Notes under the pieces: generated by a model
Told to the model about the DNA's origin: nothing
The model's database searches: none
Seen by the model: only the letters and a program-made list of their open reading frames with translations
Origin: the human T2T-CHM13v2.0 reference genome, Homo sapiens
Assembly (NCBI RefSeq): GCF_009914755.1
Contig: NC_060925.1
DNA: 64,000 nt
Direction: 5' to 3' (one strand)
In this document: positions 1 to 12,534 of the stretch, one piece after another
Numbering within the stretch: position 1 is the stretch's first letter
Layout: each line of letters opens with the position of its first letter
Program-made: the position numbers and the translations under genes

Positions 1-1810
1 ACCAAAAGTGACCAAGCAGAGAAACAAATCAAGAACTCAGTCACTTTTACAATAGCTGCAAAAAAAAAAAAAAAAAAAAAAACTTAGGAAAATACCTAAT
101 CAAGGAAGTGAAAGACCTCTACTAGGAAAACTACAAAACACTGCTGAAAGAAATCATAGATGACACAAACAAATGGAAACACATCCCATGCTCACGGATG
201 GGTAGAATCAATATTGTGAAAATGCCCATACTGCAAAAGCAATCTATAAATTCAATGCAATTCCCATCAAAATACCACCATCATTCTTCACAGAACTAGA
301 AAAAACCATCCTAAAATTTATATGGAACCAAAAAAAAGTCTGCATCACCAAAGCAACACTAGGCAAAAAGAACAAATCTGGAGGCATCCCACTACCCAAC
401 TTCAAACTATACTGTAGGGGCATAGTCACCAAAACAGCATGGTACTGGTATAAAAATAGGCACATAGACCAATGGAACAGAATAGAGAACTCAGAAATAA
501 AGCCAAATACTTACAGCCAACTGATCTTTAACAAAAGAAACAAAAATATAAAGTGGGGAAAAGACGCCATATTTAACAAATGATGCTGAGATCATTGGCA
601 AGCCACATGTAGAAGATTGAAACTGGATCATTATCTGTCACCTTATACAAAAATCAACTCAAGATAGATCAAAGACTTAAATCTAAGACCAGAAACCACA
701 AAAATTCTAGAAGGTAACATTGGAAAACCCGTTCTAGACATTGGCTTAAGCAAAGACTTCATGACCAAGAACCCAAAAGCAAATGCAACAAAAACAAAGG
801 TAAATAGATGTGACTAAATTAAACTAGAAAGCTTTGGCACAGCAAAAGAAATAATCAGCAAAGTAAACAGACAACCCACAGAATGGGAGAAAATCTTTGC
901 AATCTATTCATCCAACAGGGGACTAATATCCATAATATACAAGGAACCCAAACAAATAAGCAAGGAAAAAACAAACAATCCCATCAAAACGTGGGCTGAG
1001 GATAGACGATTCTCAAAAGAAGATATACAAATGGCCAACAAAAGTATGAAAAAATGCTCAATATTGCTAATGATTAGAGAAATGCTAATCAAAACCACAA
1101 TGTGATACCACCTTACTCCTGTAAGAATTGCCATAATCAAAAAATAAAAAAATATATATGTTGGCATGGCTGTGGTGAACAGGGAACATTTCTACACTGC
1201 TGATGGGAATGTAAACTAGTACAGCCACTATGGAAAACAGTGCAGAGATTCCTTAAAGAACTAAAAGTAGAACTACCATTTGATCCAGCAATCCCACTAG
1301 TGGGTATCTACCCAGAGGAAAAGAAGTCATTATACAGAAAAGATACTTGCGCACCCATGTTTATAGCAGCACAATTTACAATTGCAAAAATATGGAACCA
1401 GCCCAAGTGACCATCAATCAACAAGTGGATAAAAACATTATGGTATATATATACCATAGAACACTACGCAGCCATAAAAAGAACAAAATAATGACATTTG
1501 CAGCAACCTGGATGGAATCGGAGACCATTATTCTAAGTAAAGTAACTCAAGAATAGAAAACCAAACATCATATGTTCTCACTCATAAGTGGGAGCTAAGC
1601 TATGAGGATGCAAAGGCATAAGAATGATACAATGGACTTTGAGGACTCGGGGAGAGAGTGGGAGGGGGGTGAGGGATAAAAGACTACACATTGGGTACAG
1701 TGTACACTGCTTGGTTGACGGGTGCACCAAATCTCAGAAATCACCACTAAATAACTTATTCATGTAACCAAACACTACCTGTTTCCCAAAAATCTATTGA
1801 AATAAAAAAA
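1..1810 (+). mobile_element. LINE-1 3' part (ORF2 C-terminus and 3' UTR), L1PB-like; runs off the left window edge
   Basis: Degraded ORF2 (…TFAATWMESETIILSKVTQE) followed by an L1PB-type 3' UTR (gctatgaggatgcaaaggcataagaatgatacaatggac…) ending in aataaaaaaa. Internal A23 run at 60-82. Confidence 0.93.
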
Positions 1811-1820
1811 TTTTTTTAAA

Positions 1821-2800
1821 AGTGCATTATGGAAACTTTATGATAATAAGCTTGAAAGCCTATATGAAATGAAAACATTTCTAGAAAAACAAGAAACACA
1901 AAAATTGATAGAAGGAAAAACTGAAATTTGAATAGACCAATAAACACGAAATAAAATGAAATGTAATCAAAGATCTCTCTGTCTAAAAATCTGTAGGCAT
2001 AGGTGATGGTTTTCTATATGAATTTTACCAAATTCCCAGATGGCAGATAATTTCTATCTTAGATGAGTTCCGGAATATAGAAAAAGAATGAAAATTCTTC
2101 TACCATGAGGATTGTGTGTTCTTGTTTTCAAAACTGGATAAGAAAGTTCAGAAAAAAATATAGGGCTATTCCACTTTGAATATAGATGTGTAAGTCTAAA
2201 TAAAATATTTGTTAAACAAATCCAATAGTGTATTAGGAAAAAAGTACATGATAATCATAAAATATGAGGAATGCAAGAATAGTTCAAAGTTAGAAAACTC
2301 TCTCAATATAATTTTCTATATTATGAAAGGAGACAATTACTTGATTATCTCAATGGTGCAAAAAAACACACTTGTTAAAACTCACCATTTGTTTGTTGAA
2401 AACTCTTCAAGTAATAGGAAGAGAATTTCCTCAACTTGACAGACATACCAAACCTTAATGTTATATATACCAATATATGATATAGTATATTTGTATAAAA
2501 TGGTAACATTATACTTAATTGAGAAACTTCAGCTGCATCTTCTTTGCGATCAAGAATAAGACAAGAGGCCAACTGTCAACCACTGTTTAAGATATAACTG
2601 GAGGCCCTTGCCAACAATTTTAAGAAAGAAAAAGAAGTAACAGATATACAGTGGAAGGGAAGAAATGAAACTGCCACTCTGCAGATAATTTGATTTCCTA
2701 CAGAGAAAAACTAACAAAATCAACAAATATTAAAACTTATATGACAGCAAGACTCAGATAAAAGATCACCTTGTAAAAATCAGTAGCATTTTTGATCATA
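1821..2800 (+). mobile_element. Old L1M-type ORF2 fragment
   Basis: Highly diverged A-rich sequence with recognisable ORF2 landmarks (tatgaaatgaaaacatttctagaaaaac; ctggaggcccttgcc; aaaatcagtagcattt). Confidence 0.75.
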
Positions 2801-3499
2801 AAAAGAAAAATAACAAGGTAGCTTTGTGGTCCAGGAGCAGGGAAGTGTCTTGCTCAAACCGATAAGTATAGACTTACACGACATGAAAATTAGGATTAAC
2901 TCTACCCTCTGATCCTGAGGTCAAACCATCCAACGGGCAAATAAATATGGCTGAAAAGGGGACAAGGAGAGAGTGCAAGCTGGAGGGAAGTATTGGACCA
3001 AGGGAGAATTTTAAGATGGGAGAGATACAAGGGCATGTTACACTGATAGGGATGATGTAGTAGAAAAGGAGAGATTAATGATGGGGAAGAAAGAGAAAGG
3101 ATTAACTAAGGGCCAAGATGAGAGGGGATGGGATCCACAGCCCAAATGGTAATGGTCTTTTGGCAGAAGAGACACATTTTCAGTTCTAACAGACAGGGGA
3201 GAAGGTGCTGGCACAAGAGCAGCAAAACCTTGATAGTGGAGACAGAAGGACAGAGCTCAGTTCTAGAGACTTCCATTTGTTCAATAAAATGTGAGTTGGA
3301 GTCGTCAGCTGAGAGTGGGTATGAGGAGATGCTGGGAAGAAGGGGTGGGAGTTTTGAGGTCAGAAATTAAGGCATGAAATAGTCTTAGGTGATATGATAC
3401 ACCACTCAGACTGGCTTTGTGAACAGAGAGCCTTGCCCTGGCAAGTGCTCAGTAAGAGCTTGTTGAATGACTGACAGCCGAGGCTGGGCAGAGTGTTTA

Positions 3500-4165
3500 G
3501 GGAGCTTGGGCTTGGAGGACAGAAGCAAAAGAGCACCAGATTTGGGGGCCAGAGACCTGGTTTATGGATCTGGTTCCTCCATGTCTCTTCTGCGGGTTCC
3601 TGTGAACTTCTTGGCATGAAAGTTGACCATAAGAACTGGGTCACTCTTGTCATACCCAACTAAAACAGAGTTGAGATGCCAGTGGGGGTAAGCACTCAAG
3701 GTACAAAACATTGATCCAACAATGTAATTCTCTGCAAGCCTGACTGCAGAAACTGCTTTTTGTAACCTGAAACCAGCTTTATCTACAGCTTCTGAGATAG
3801 CCTGCTTCTTGCTATCTAAGATAGACAGGACTAATTTTGCCCACAGTGGTTGCTCACCAAGTGGAGCTTACCATCTCCCCAAACCCTTGCTAGTGCCAAT
3901 GAACTTTCTTAAAGGGCAATACACAACATTTCTCCTTTCTATAAAACCTCTAACCTTCTCTTTGTTCTTTGGGTATACCAAAGACAATCGAGGCTCATGT
4001 ATGCCCCAAATTGCAATTCTTTCTTCCCAAATAAAACAGTATATTTAGAGATTCATCTCTACATTTTTATTTTGTAGACACTGAGCTTCAGTTTTTCTCA
4101 TCTGGAAAATGGGAATGATGTTGCCCACTGCCTTCACCTCACAGAGCTGATGTGCAGATTATGGG
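3500..4165 (+). mobile_element. MIR SINE split by the LTR at 3618-4080
   Basis: The MIR core (ctgagcttcagtttttctcatctggaaaatgggaatgat) resumes at 4081, with a MIR-like 5' part before 3618. Confidence 0.65.
3618..4080 (+). mobile_element. ERV solo LTR (LTR47-like)
   Basis: TG…CA termini, AATAAA near the 3' end, about 460 bp; resembles the LTR47 consensus as I recall it. Confidence 0.65.
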
Positions 4166-4169
4166 CTAT

Positions 4170-4647
4170 TTTCTGCTTGTCACCCCCTCCAGATCCTTTC
4201 TCACCCTTTTCTGTGCTGCTCCATGTCTTGCGGGGCTGAACTCCATGGGCTGCAGTTCCCGGGTTCCTTTGCCCTCTGGCTTCCCTTTGGGCTCCGCTGG
4301 TTGGAGGCCCCAGCAGCAGATGGGAGAGCAGAAGAGGACACAGCAGGCAGAGCACTCAACGCCCCACTTCCTCCCGGCCTGGCTGCAGTTCTGGCAGTGC
4401 CATGTTCCTCTGCAGCCACGACTCCTGTTAGGCAGCCCCTTTTCCATGGCACTAGTTTTCATGGGCTCAGCTAATACTCTTGCCTTCATTTGCCCATTCA
4501 GGCCTATGGGGTTAATAGCCCCTCCTGCTCCTCTCGTCCCTGGGCATCTCCTGTGACCCTGCCCAGATTTCTGTGAATAGTCCCTTCATTAAACTCTCAT
4601 CGGTCTCCTTTGAGGGTGCCATCCCTTCCTGCCAGGCCTTGAATACA
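4170..4647 (+). mobile_element. ERVL solo LTR (LTR33-like)
   Basis: Diagnostic blocks ccctccagatcc, cctttgccctctggcttcc and gaatagtcccttcattaaactctc; ends in aataca. Confidence 0.8.
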
Positions 4648-6559
4648 AGGACCGAGGACAGAAAGATAGTCCAGGCGCTGAGCAAGGTGAGATGCGTGGA
4701 GCCAGGGAGAGAGAGAACATGCACAAGGGGAAGGGATCAGCTGTAAAATCTGGCATGCTCTAACTCGAGAAGGAAGATTCTGCTGCTTCCCCGTGGCCTT
4801 GACCTCTCCTCACCATCAACTAGGGAGAATGTTCTGTTCTCTAGGGGCAGAGAAGGCCCAGATTCACACTGAGGTATAAGGAGGTCGCAGAAACCAAGCC
4901 TCCATAGTTCCACTGTACAGAGAGCTCGGGACACAGGTAATGGTAGGTCCTGCTCTTGGGCTCAAAGTGTTTTTAGAAGCCACTGACCTAGGCAAAGTTG
5001 CTCATTTTTCCAATAAAAAAATGGGCTACATATTCTTGCCAAGGACACAGCAACAAACCAACCATTGATAAGGGCAAGAAAAATCATTGATGAGACTAGT
5101 CACTCAATACATAAGTAGGTCTGCAGTTACAAGCCTATTTGATGCTGCCAGTTAGTAGCAATCCCTTCTGTTTATTCAGCATACCCTTTTAGGTTATGTC
5201 GAGTTCAGGGTCCCAGTTCTCTCATGTGCTGGGCAAGTCCTCTTCACCTCTGCTCATCCCCATTCCTTCCTTTACCAAGTGAGGAGCTTGAAGGCCATTT
5301 TGGTAACCTCACCCTGCTTGCCCTTGTTCTTTTCCCTGCATCCCCCAAATAAGCCCACTGGGCCAGTCCCTGGGCCAGGCCTGACAGTGTCTGGGTTTAT
5401 GGTCTCTTCTTTCTCACCCTTGTGTCTCCCACACTGATGCCCACTGGGGCCGGCAGACCCAGCACCCAGGGGTTCTGACGTGAGCACTGCACCCCTTTGT
5501 CTTTCTGCCTCTCCTGCGTTGCAGCCAGCCAGACCCCAAATTGGTCCCCCTAGAGCAAGGCCTGTGTATTGGAATCAGGTAGACCTGATTTGTTCAAAGT
5601 TAACTCTGCCTCTGAGCCTCAGTCACCTGAGCAGTCAAGTGTAGGGCATCATAGCCGCCCCCAGGCTTGCTCTGGAGTGTCTAGCAAAATGTCTAGCATC
5701 CAGAAGGCAACTGATGAAGGAGAGGACCTCCTTTCCTTCATGCTGCGGGTCCTTCTGCTGTCTGGAAGCCTGAGTGCTAGGCCCTGCCCCTTGGATGAAC
5801 ATGCTGGTGAGCACAGTGATAGTGTCCTCACTGCATGATCTCTGGACCTCCCTGCCTCTCTCTCAGAGGATGACCACTGTACCTAGGTTAGGCTCATCCT
5901 CCACCCTGGCTCAAGCTTCCTTCCCCCTGTGCCTTCCTGTCTTCAACCTAAGCCTGCTGGAGTAACAATATCTTGGAGGCCCCAAATTCCACATTTCTTT
6001 GTTCACATGAGATAATGCAACTCTGCTTTGAGAGCTATAAAATGACTGCAAATATTTTGTAATCATTGATGACACAGGGTGGGATGCTTGATATTCTACA
6101 AAACTACATATATGGCATGTAAAGATGCAGTTTAATTCTGCATACATTTGACCTAGAGTTAATATACTAGCTATAATAATCTTCGAAGTCTAATAACAAA
6201 TTATTTTATTGGACTATTTAGAATATTAAAAGATGTTTAGACAGGATTTGGATGGCCCAGTTCTCTTTAAAAAGCCATCCAAGGATGTTTGACCTGTTTT
6301 CATTTGATAAAATTTCCTAGCAGTGAAAAGACATTAAAAGTCATACCAGAGTCTCACATTAGAATTTGCTCCTGTGACTCCCTTTCAGGAGAGGAATTCA
6401 AACAGGGAGGGGCCAATGTGACGAGCAGCATTCCTCTTTCACTTTCATTTTGTGCTGTTTACTTTATAAAAGTTAGTGTCTACAGAGGCTAGGAGTTTGT
6501 CCGTGCTATTTTTATTCTTTTCTTTGTTTCCTGTATTTTAAAACATTAGGAATGCTATG

Positions 6560-9310
6560 TATTTTTAATAGTTGGTTGAGGTGTAATAATAAAACATACC
6601 TGTTTGATGAGTTTCAGCACATGAACACATCACCAAAACCATCACCATAATCAAAATAATGAACATATTCATCCCCCAGGCCCCCAATACCCACAAATTT
6701 CCTTGTTCCCCTTGGTAATACCTCCTTTTCACCCACCCTGACCCTCACATTTCAAACAACCACTGATCTGCTTTCTGTCACTATGTGTTATTTTGCATTT
6801 TCTAGAATTTTATGTGAATGGAAGCACACAGTGTGTACTCTTTTCTGTCTGGCTTCTTCCAGTTAGCCTAATTATTTTAAGATTCATTCCTGCTGTTGAA
6901 TGTATCACAATGGTTTGTTCCTTTTTATTGCTGAAGAGTATCCCATTTTAGGAATATACCAGATTTGTTTCCAGTTTGGGGTTATTAAAGATTATTATAA
7001 ATAAAGCTATGAACATCCACATATAAACCTTTATGTAGACTTTCTCTAGGGTAAATACCTAGGAATGGAATGGGTAGATCATGTGGTCAGTATATGTTTA
7101 ACTCTTAAAAAGCCAAAATGTTTTCCAAAGTGACTGTACCATTTCACATTCCCACCAGCAATGTGTGAGAATTCCAGTTCCTCCATGTCTTTACCAACAC
7201 GTGATATGGCCAGTGTTCTTAATTTTAAACATTCTGATAGGTACATAGTAGTGTCTTATTGTGGTTTTAATTTGCTTTCCCCTCATGGTGTGCAATAAAG
7301 TATCTTTTTATGTGCTTATTTGCTATCCATTATCTTTTTTGATAAAATACTTGTTCAAATCTTTTGCCTATTTTAAAAATTTTGTTTTCTTATTATTGAG
7401 TTTTAGAGTTCCTTTTATATCTGGATACAAGTCCTTTATTAGGTATGTGACTTTCAAATATTTTCTCCCAGTCTGTGGCTTTTTATTCTTTTAGTAGTGT
7501 CTTTTGAAGAGCAGACCTGACTGACTTTGACAAAGTCGGTTTCCTTTGTTGTTGTATCCAAGAAATCTTTGTCTAATCCAGTGTCACAAAGATTTTCCCC
7601 TAGATTTTCTTCTGGAAGTTACATAGTTTTAGATTTAGCTTTAGATCTTTTGGATCATTTAAATTTACATTATTTAGATCTTTATTATATATTTATATCT
7701 TTTAGACTTAGATCAGCTAGATCTTGAGTTAATTTTTGAATTAATTCTGAATATAGTGTGAGGTGTGGATTGAAGTTATTTGTTGTTTTATGTAGATATC
7801 CAATTGTTTCAGCACCATTTGTTGAAGAGATATTCTTTCTCCACTGAATTGTCTTTGCATTTTTTTGAAAATCAGTTGACCATATTTATTTGGATGTATT
7901 TCTGGATTCTCCATGGGATTCCATTGATCTATTTGTATATCTTGATGTCAATACCACATTGTCTTGATGACTGTAGCTTTATAATAAATCTTGAATCAGG
8001 AATGTAAGCCCTCCAATATTGTTCCCCTCTTCTTAAAATTGTTTTGGTTATCCTAGGTCATTTGTATTCTTATATAAATTTTATAATAAGCTCGTTAATT
8101 TTTACAAAAAAAGAAGCCTAATGGGATTTTGATTGAGATTATGTTAAATCTGTAGATCAATTTGCAGTGAATTGACATGTTAACAATATTGAATTTATTT
8201 AAAATACTTAAATAAAGAGAGAGATATACCAGGCTCTTTCAATCTAGGAGCCTGGTATATCTCTCCATTTATTTAGGTATTTTAAATGTCTCTTTTCAAC
8301 ATTTTGTAGTTTTCAGAGTACACATATTGTTAAATCAGTCCCTAAGCATTTCATATTTTTATGCTAGTGTAAATGGTATTGTTTTAAATTTCCTTTATCA
8401 ATTGCTTATTTCTAATACAAAGAAATGCCATTGATTTATGTATATTGGCATTATATTCTGCAACCCTGCTAAGCTTATTTATCATTTACAGTACCATTGT
8501 TGTAGATTACTTAGGATTTCCAACATAGATGGTTATGTTGTCTGTGAATAAATCTAGCTTTACTTCTTTTTCTCCTTTTTTTTTTTTTCCTTTAAGACAT
8601 GGTCTTGCTCTGTCACCCAGGCTGGAGCACAGTAGCACAATTACAGCTCACTGCAGCCTTGACCTCTTGAGCTCAAGGGATCCTACCTCAGCCTCCCAGG
8701 TAGCTGGGACCACCCATGGATGCCACCATGCCTGGCTATTTTCTTTTTTAAATTTTTTGTAGTGATAGTGTCTCCGTATGTTGCTGGCTTTACTTCTTCT
8801 TCTCCAATCTGTATGCCTTTTATTTCTTTTACTTGCCTCATTGCATTGGCTGGGACCTCCACTATCATGTTGAATAGAAGTGGTAGGAATGGACATCCTT
8901 GCCTTTTTCACTGTCTTAGGGAAAAAGTATCCAGTCTTTCTATAGCAAATATAAGCCATAGGGTTTTGTTTTTTCCATAGATGCCCTTTATCAGGTTTAG
9001 AACTTCCTTTACATCTCTAAATTGCTGATAATATTTTTCCTGAACGGGTATTAATTTTTGTCTAATGCTTTTCCCATGTCTATTGAGATGATCGTATGGT
9101 TTTCCTTTTACATTTAATTTAATAATACAGTTAGCTACCTTGATTGGTTTTTTAATGTTAAGCCAAGTTTGCATTCTTAGGATAAACTCCACTTGGTCAT
9201 AATCCATTATATTTTAACTTATTGTTAAATTTGATTTGCTTAAATTTTGTTTAGAAATTTTGCATTTATGTTTATGAGGGATATTGTTCTGTAGTTTTCT
9301 TGTTATATTC
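6560..9310 (-). mobile_element. Ancestral L1M 3' UTR and ORF2 fragment
   Basis: Minus-strand translations retain ORF2 motifs (EIKGIQIGEEEVK; DQVEFILRMQTWLNI). L1M-type 3' UTR at about 6560-7000. Confidence 0.88.
8576..8786 (-). mobile_element. 5'-truncated AluJ-like element inside L1M
   Basis: Poly(T), right arm and linker. 19-bp TSD GCTTTACTTCTT(T/C)TTCTCC at 8557-8575 and 8787-8805. Confidence 0.9.
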
Positions 9311-9862
9311 AGTTATTTTTAGGCAGGTTTAATAGAATCACTGTTTTCTCCATTAAGAAGGCAAAGGGAAATATTCTGAGTGTCTGAGAGGTCTGAGTGT
9401 GTCACTGACATCTGTAACATTTTAGAGCCCCAGATGTTCATACCAATATTTTATATCATTTTTATACATAAAGTTACACTAGTAAAGAAAAAGCAGAAAG
9501 GAAATTTCCCAAATTGTAACAGTAATTTCTCTTGGGTAAATTAAAGGTCTCCAGACATTTGAGGAAGTCCTGCAATAGAAAAGAGAGACATGAAAATAAA
9601 CCAAGAAAATAGCTGGAGAAAAGAAAAACATTTATTTACTTACCGTTCTTTTTTTTATTCCTTTAAAATGAAATCCTTGTTGCAGAAAAAACTTTTTAAA
9701 ACTTATAATTATTATTCTTCGAATGATTTTGAGACATATCAAAGCCAGCAAACAAGATCAGAATCAAATGAAAAAGGGACAATCATGGAACAGAAAGAAG
9801 TTATGGAAAATAAAAATATAGTTATTATAATGCAAATAAATGATTCTAATATTACAAAGTAG

Positions 9863-10245
9863 GTATATTAGTCTGCTAGGGCTACCATAACAAAATACCA
9901 CAAACAGGGTTGCTTAAAGAACAGAAATGTATTTCCCACAGTTCTGGAGCCTGGAAGTCCAAGGTCAAGGTGTCTGCAGAGTTGGTTTCTCCTGAGGCTG
10001 CTCTCCTTGGCTTGCACATGGCCCTCTTCTTACTGTGTCCTTACATGGCCTTTCTTTTGCACATGCACATTCTTGATGTCTCTTCCTCTTCTTATAAGGA
10101 CACCAGTCCTATTGGATTATGTTCCCACTCTTATGACCTCATTTACCTCAATTACCTTTTTAAAGGCCCTATCTCCAAATACAGTCACATTGGGGATTAG
10201 GGTTTCAACATGTGTATTTTTGGAGGACACAGACTGTCTATAACA
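9863..10245 (-). mobile_element. MaLR solo LTR (MLT1B-like)
   Basis: attagtctgctagggctaccataacaaaatacca … ggacaccagtcctattggatta … ggccctatctccaaatacagtcacatt … ataaca. Confidence 0.88.
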
Positions 10246-11387
10246 ATGCGGAATTGGAAAATACTGTCATGGTGAATGGAAAAGAAATAAAGTCATGAAT
10301 ACTTTATTTCATTCCTTTATTCAAGGAACTTAAAATACTGACAACTACATTGGAGGATCTAGATTGGCAAAGATGGAGCTAGAGACTTAAATCTCATCCA
10401 GGAGCGCAGAAAGTCAATGGGTATGACTCCAAATTGGTAAATTAAGAAATAGTGGTAGAGGCAGATTGTATATCCAGAATAAACAGTTAAAAGAGTTAAA
10501 CGTGGTTATCTCTAGGAAGCATCAATAGAGGTGGGCAGTGTGTTGCTTTTCATTATAAATATCTCCTTACCATTCAGGCATGTTCATGTATTTGATTAAA
10601 AAATTAGCAAAAAGCACTATTACCAAAACAAAACAAAACAAAACTGTGGCCTCTCCATCTGTTCTGTTCTTTTTCTTCCAATTAGGTCCTTCTTCGATAT
10701 TTCCAACAGCAGCGGCCACTTTTGCAACCCAGGACCAGGAGTTACAAGCTCAACTCTCATTCAGTGTTTCCGCTTTCCTCTCTATCCCTTTTTGGTTTTA
10801 TTTTTGTGCAAATTTATTTCCACAACAGATTGTGGTTTCCTTCAAAGATTTATACATGGCTCACCTCCAGTGCCTTGACAATAACCTGGCACATGTAGAT
10901 GCTCAGAGTATTTGCTTTTAGAACACAAGTCTTGTTAACCTTCTAGAGAACAGTTCTGCTCAGCATCACATCATCAGCTGTGTCCCAGCCCTTGGAACCA
11001 GTATAGAGAGAGCCTCATTAGAATCATTTTAAGGCAAAATGCTTAAATTTCTTTTATACATTTAATAATGTGATACCAGCAAACACTATTGGGAATGACT
11101 GGGAGAACTCTTACCTACTTTACTAAAACATGAAGTTGTTAACCATATCTATATATCTCTCTATATATCTTCTGCTTCACCACATTCATCTATCAGTTTG
11201 TCCTCAGTGGGCCCTATCATCTGTAAAGCTTTGTGTCAATGCATAATTTTGTAAACTGTGTTACTGTCCTCAAGATTACAAACTGTCCTCAAGTGTGGAA
11301 GTCAAGGTTGTTCCATAAATACAGAATTTATACTACAACAACTATAGAGAGTATACAGGTTCCTTTGCCTTGATAAAATTTATGGGT

Positions 11388-11510
11388 TTGCTTAAAACTA
11401 AATGAGAAGTTAATTTTTTGTTAAATAAATCATATTGCCTCGTTGCTTAAAACTAAATGAGAAGTTAATTTTTTTGTTAAATAAATCATATTGCCTCATC
11501 GCTTAAAACT
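11388..11510. repeat. Tandem duplication, 55-56 bp unit, about 2.2 copies
   Basis: ttgcttaaaactaaatgagaagttaattttttgttaaataaatcatattgcctc starts at 11388 and again at 11443; partial third copy at 11499. Confidence 0.95.
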
Positions 11511-12534
11511 GCTATCTCAAGAGATTTCTTTCCTGCATTTCTGATTTATGGTGACTTGATGGCAGTATTTGTGACTAGTTCTAAGTTTCCTGCCAGTCCC
11601 GCCTCTCCTGCAATCTGTAAACAATGCCCTGGTCATTCTGTTCCGAAAGGAATGCTCTGTGGAGGCTAGAGAGCCTTTGGGAAGGAAAATAGTCATTCTC
11701 TGCACAGTCTGTTTGGTGTGAAAGGTACTGAAGCACCTGGCCAGGGACTTTGGAGCAGGCGATCCTCTGACTTCTCCCACTGGGAGTGCTCCTACGCCTG
11801 GGTTTTCAGCATCCAGATGCTCAGATTCTCAGGCTATTTCCAGAGTCACACAGGAGCCAGATCAGGATGGTGGGAGAAAACAGTGGAGAGCAGATGATTT
11901 GCTCAGTATTCTCCCTGTGGGCGTGGGCTAAGTCTATGTACTTTATGATTCAAAAGATATTTATTGAGAACTTACACAGACCTTTTGGAGACTCCATAGC
12001 TGACCTTCTTTTCTGATTATTCCCTAGAACATGAGCTCTGCTGGTGAAAGTCTAGCTTCAGGCAGTCACATAAATACATACTTAGAATGCACTGTGTCCT
12101 GAGCAATAATCAAAGTAAGCATAAGATTCAGAAGCAGCTCATTAAATAAATAAGAGATTCTATTTGTGGAGGCTGAGAAAAGCAGGGGAGATCAGTGTTG
12201 CCCAGGGTTTTAAAGGATAAATAGAAGCTTGTCAAATAGATAAGGTGGAAGAAAATTCTAGAAAGTGGGAGCAGCCTGTAAAAATGAATATGATAGTGAC
12301 CACATGGAATTTTAAGAAATATCTATTGTCTATTACCAGATCTATATACATTCCTGCATCTGCATTCATTTTATTTTATTTTTAATCTCCTTTTTTGATG
12401 TAAAGAAGACCTTTTATATAGATATTTGGAGTTGCGAAGCATTTTTTTGGAAAGATGAAAGAATTGCCCAGAGAACATTAAATTATGTACATAGCTTTAA
12501 ATGACTCCAGTATTTTCCTGTCCTTTAATCTTTG

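Noticed and set aside
4134-4556. Five overlapping ORFs of 73-134 aa
   Set aside because: They lie in the GC-rich LTR33-like element, where stops are scarce, and show no recognisable domain.
11388-11510. CRISPR-like array
   Set aside because: These are direct tandem copies without spacers, in eukaryotic DNA.
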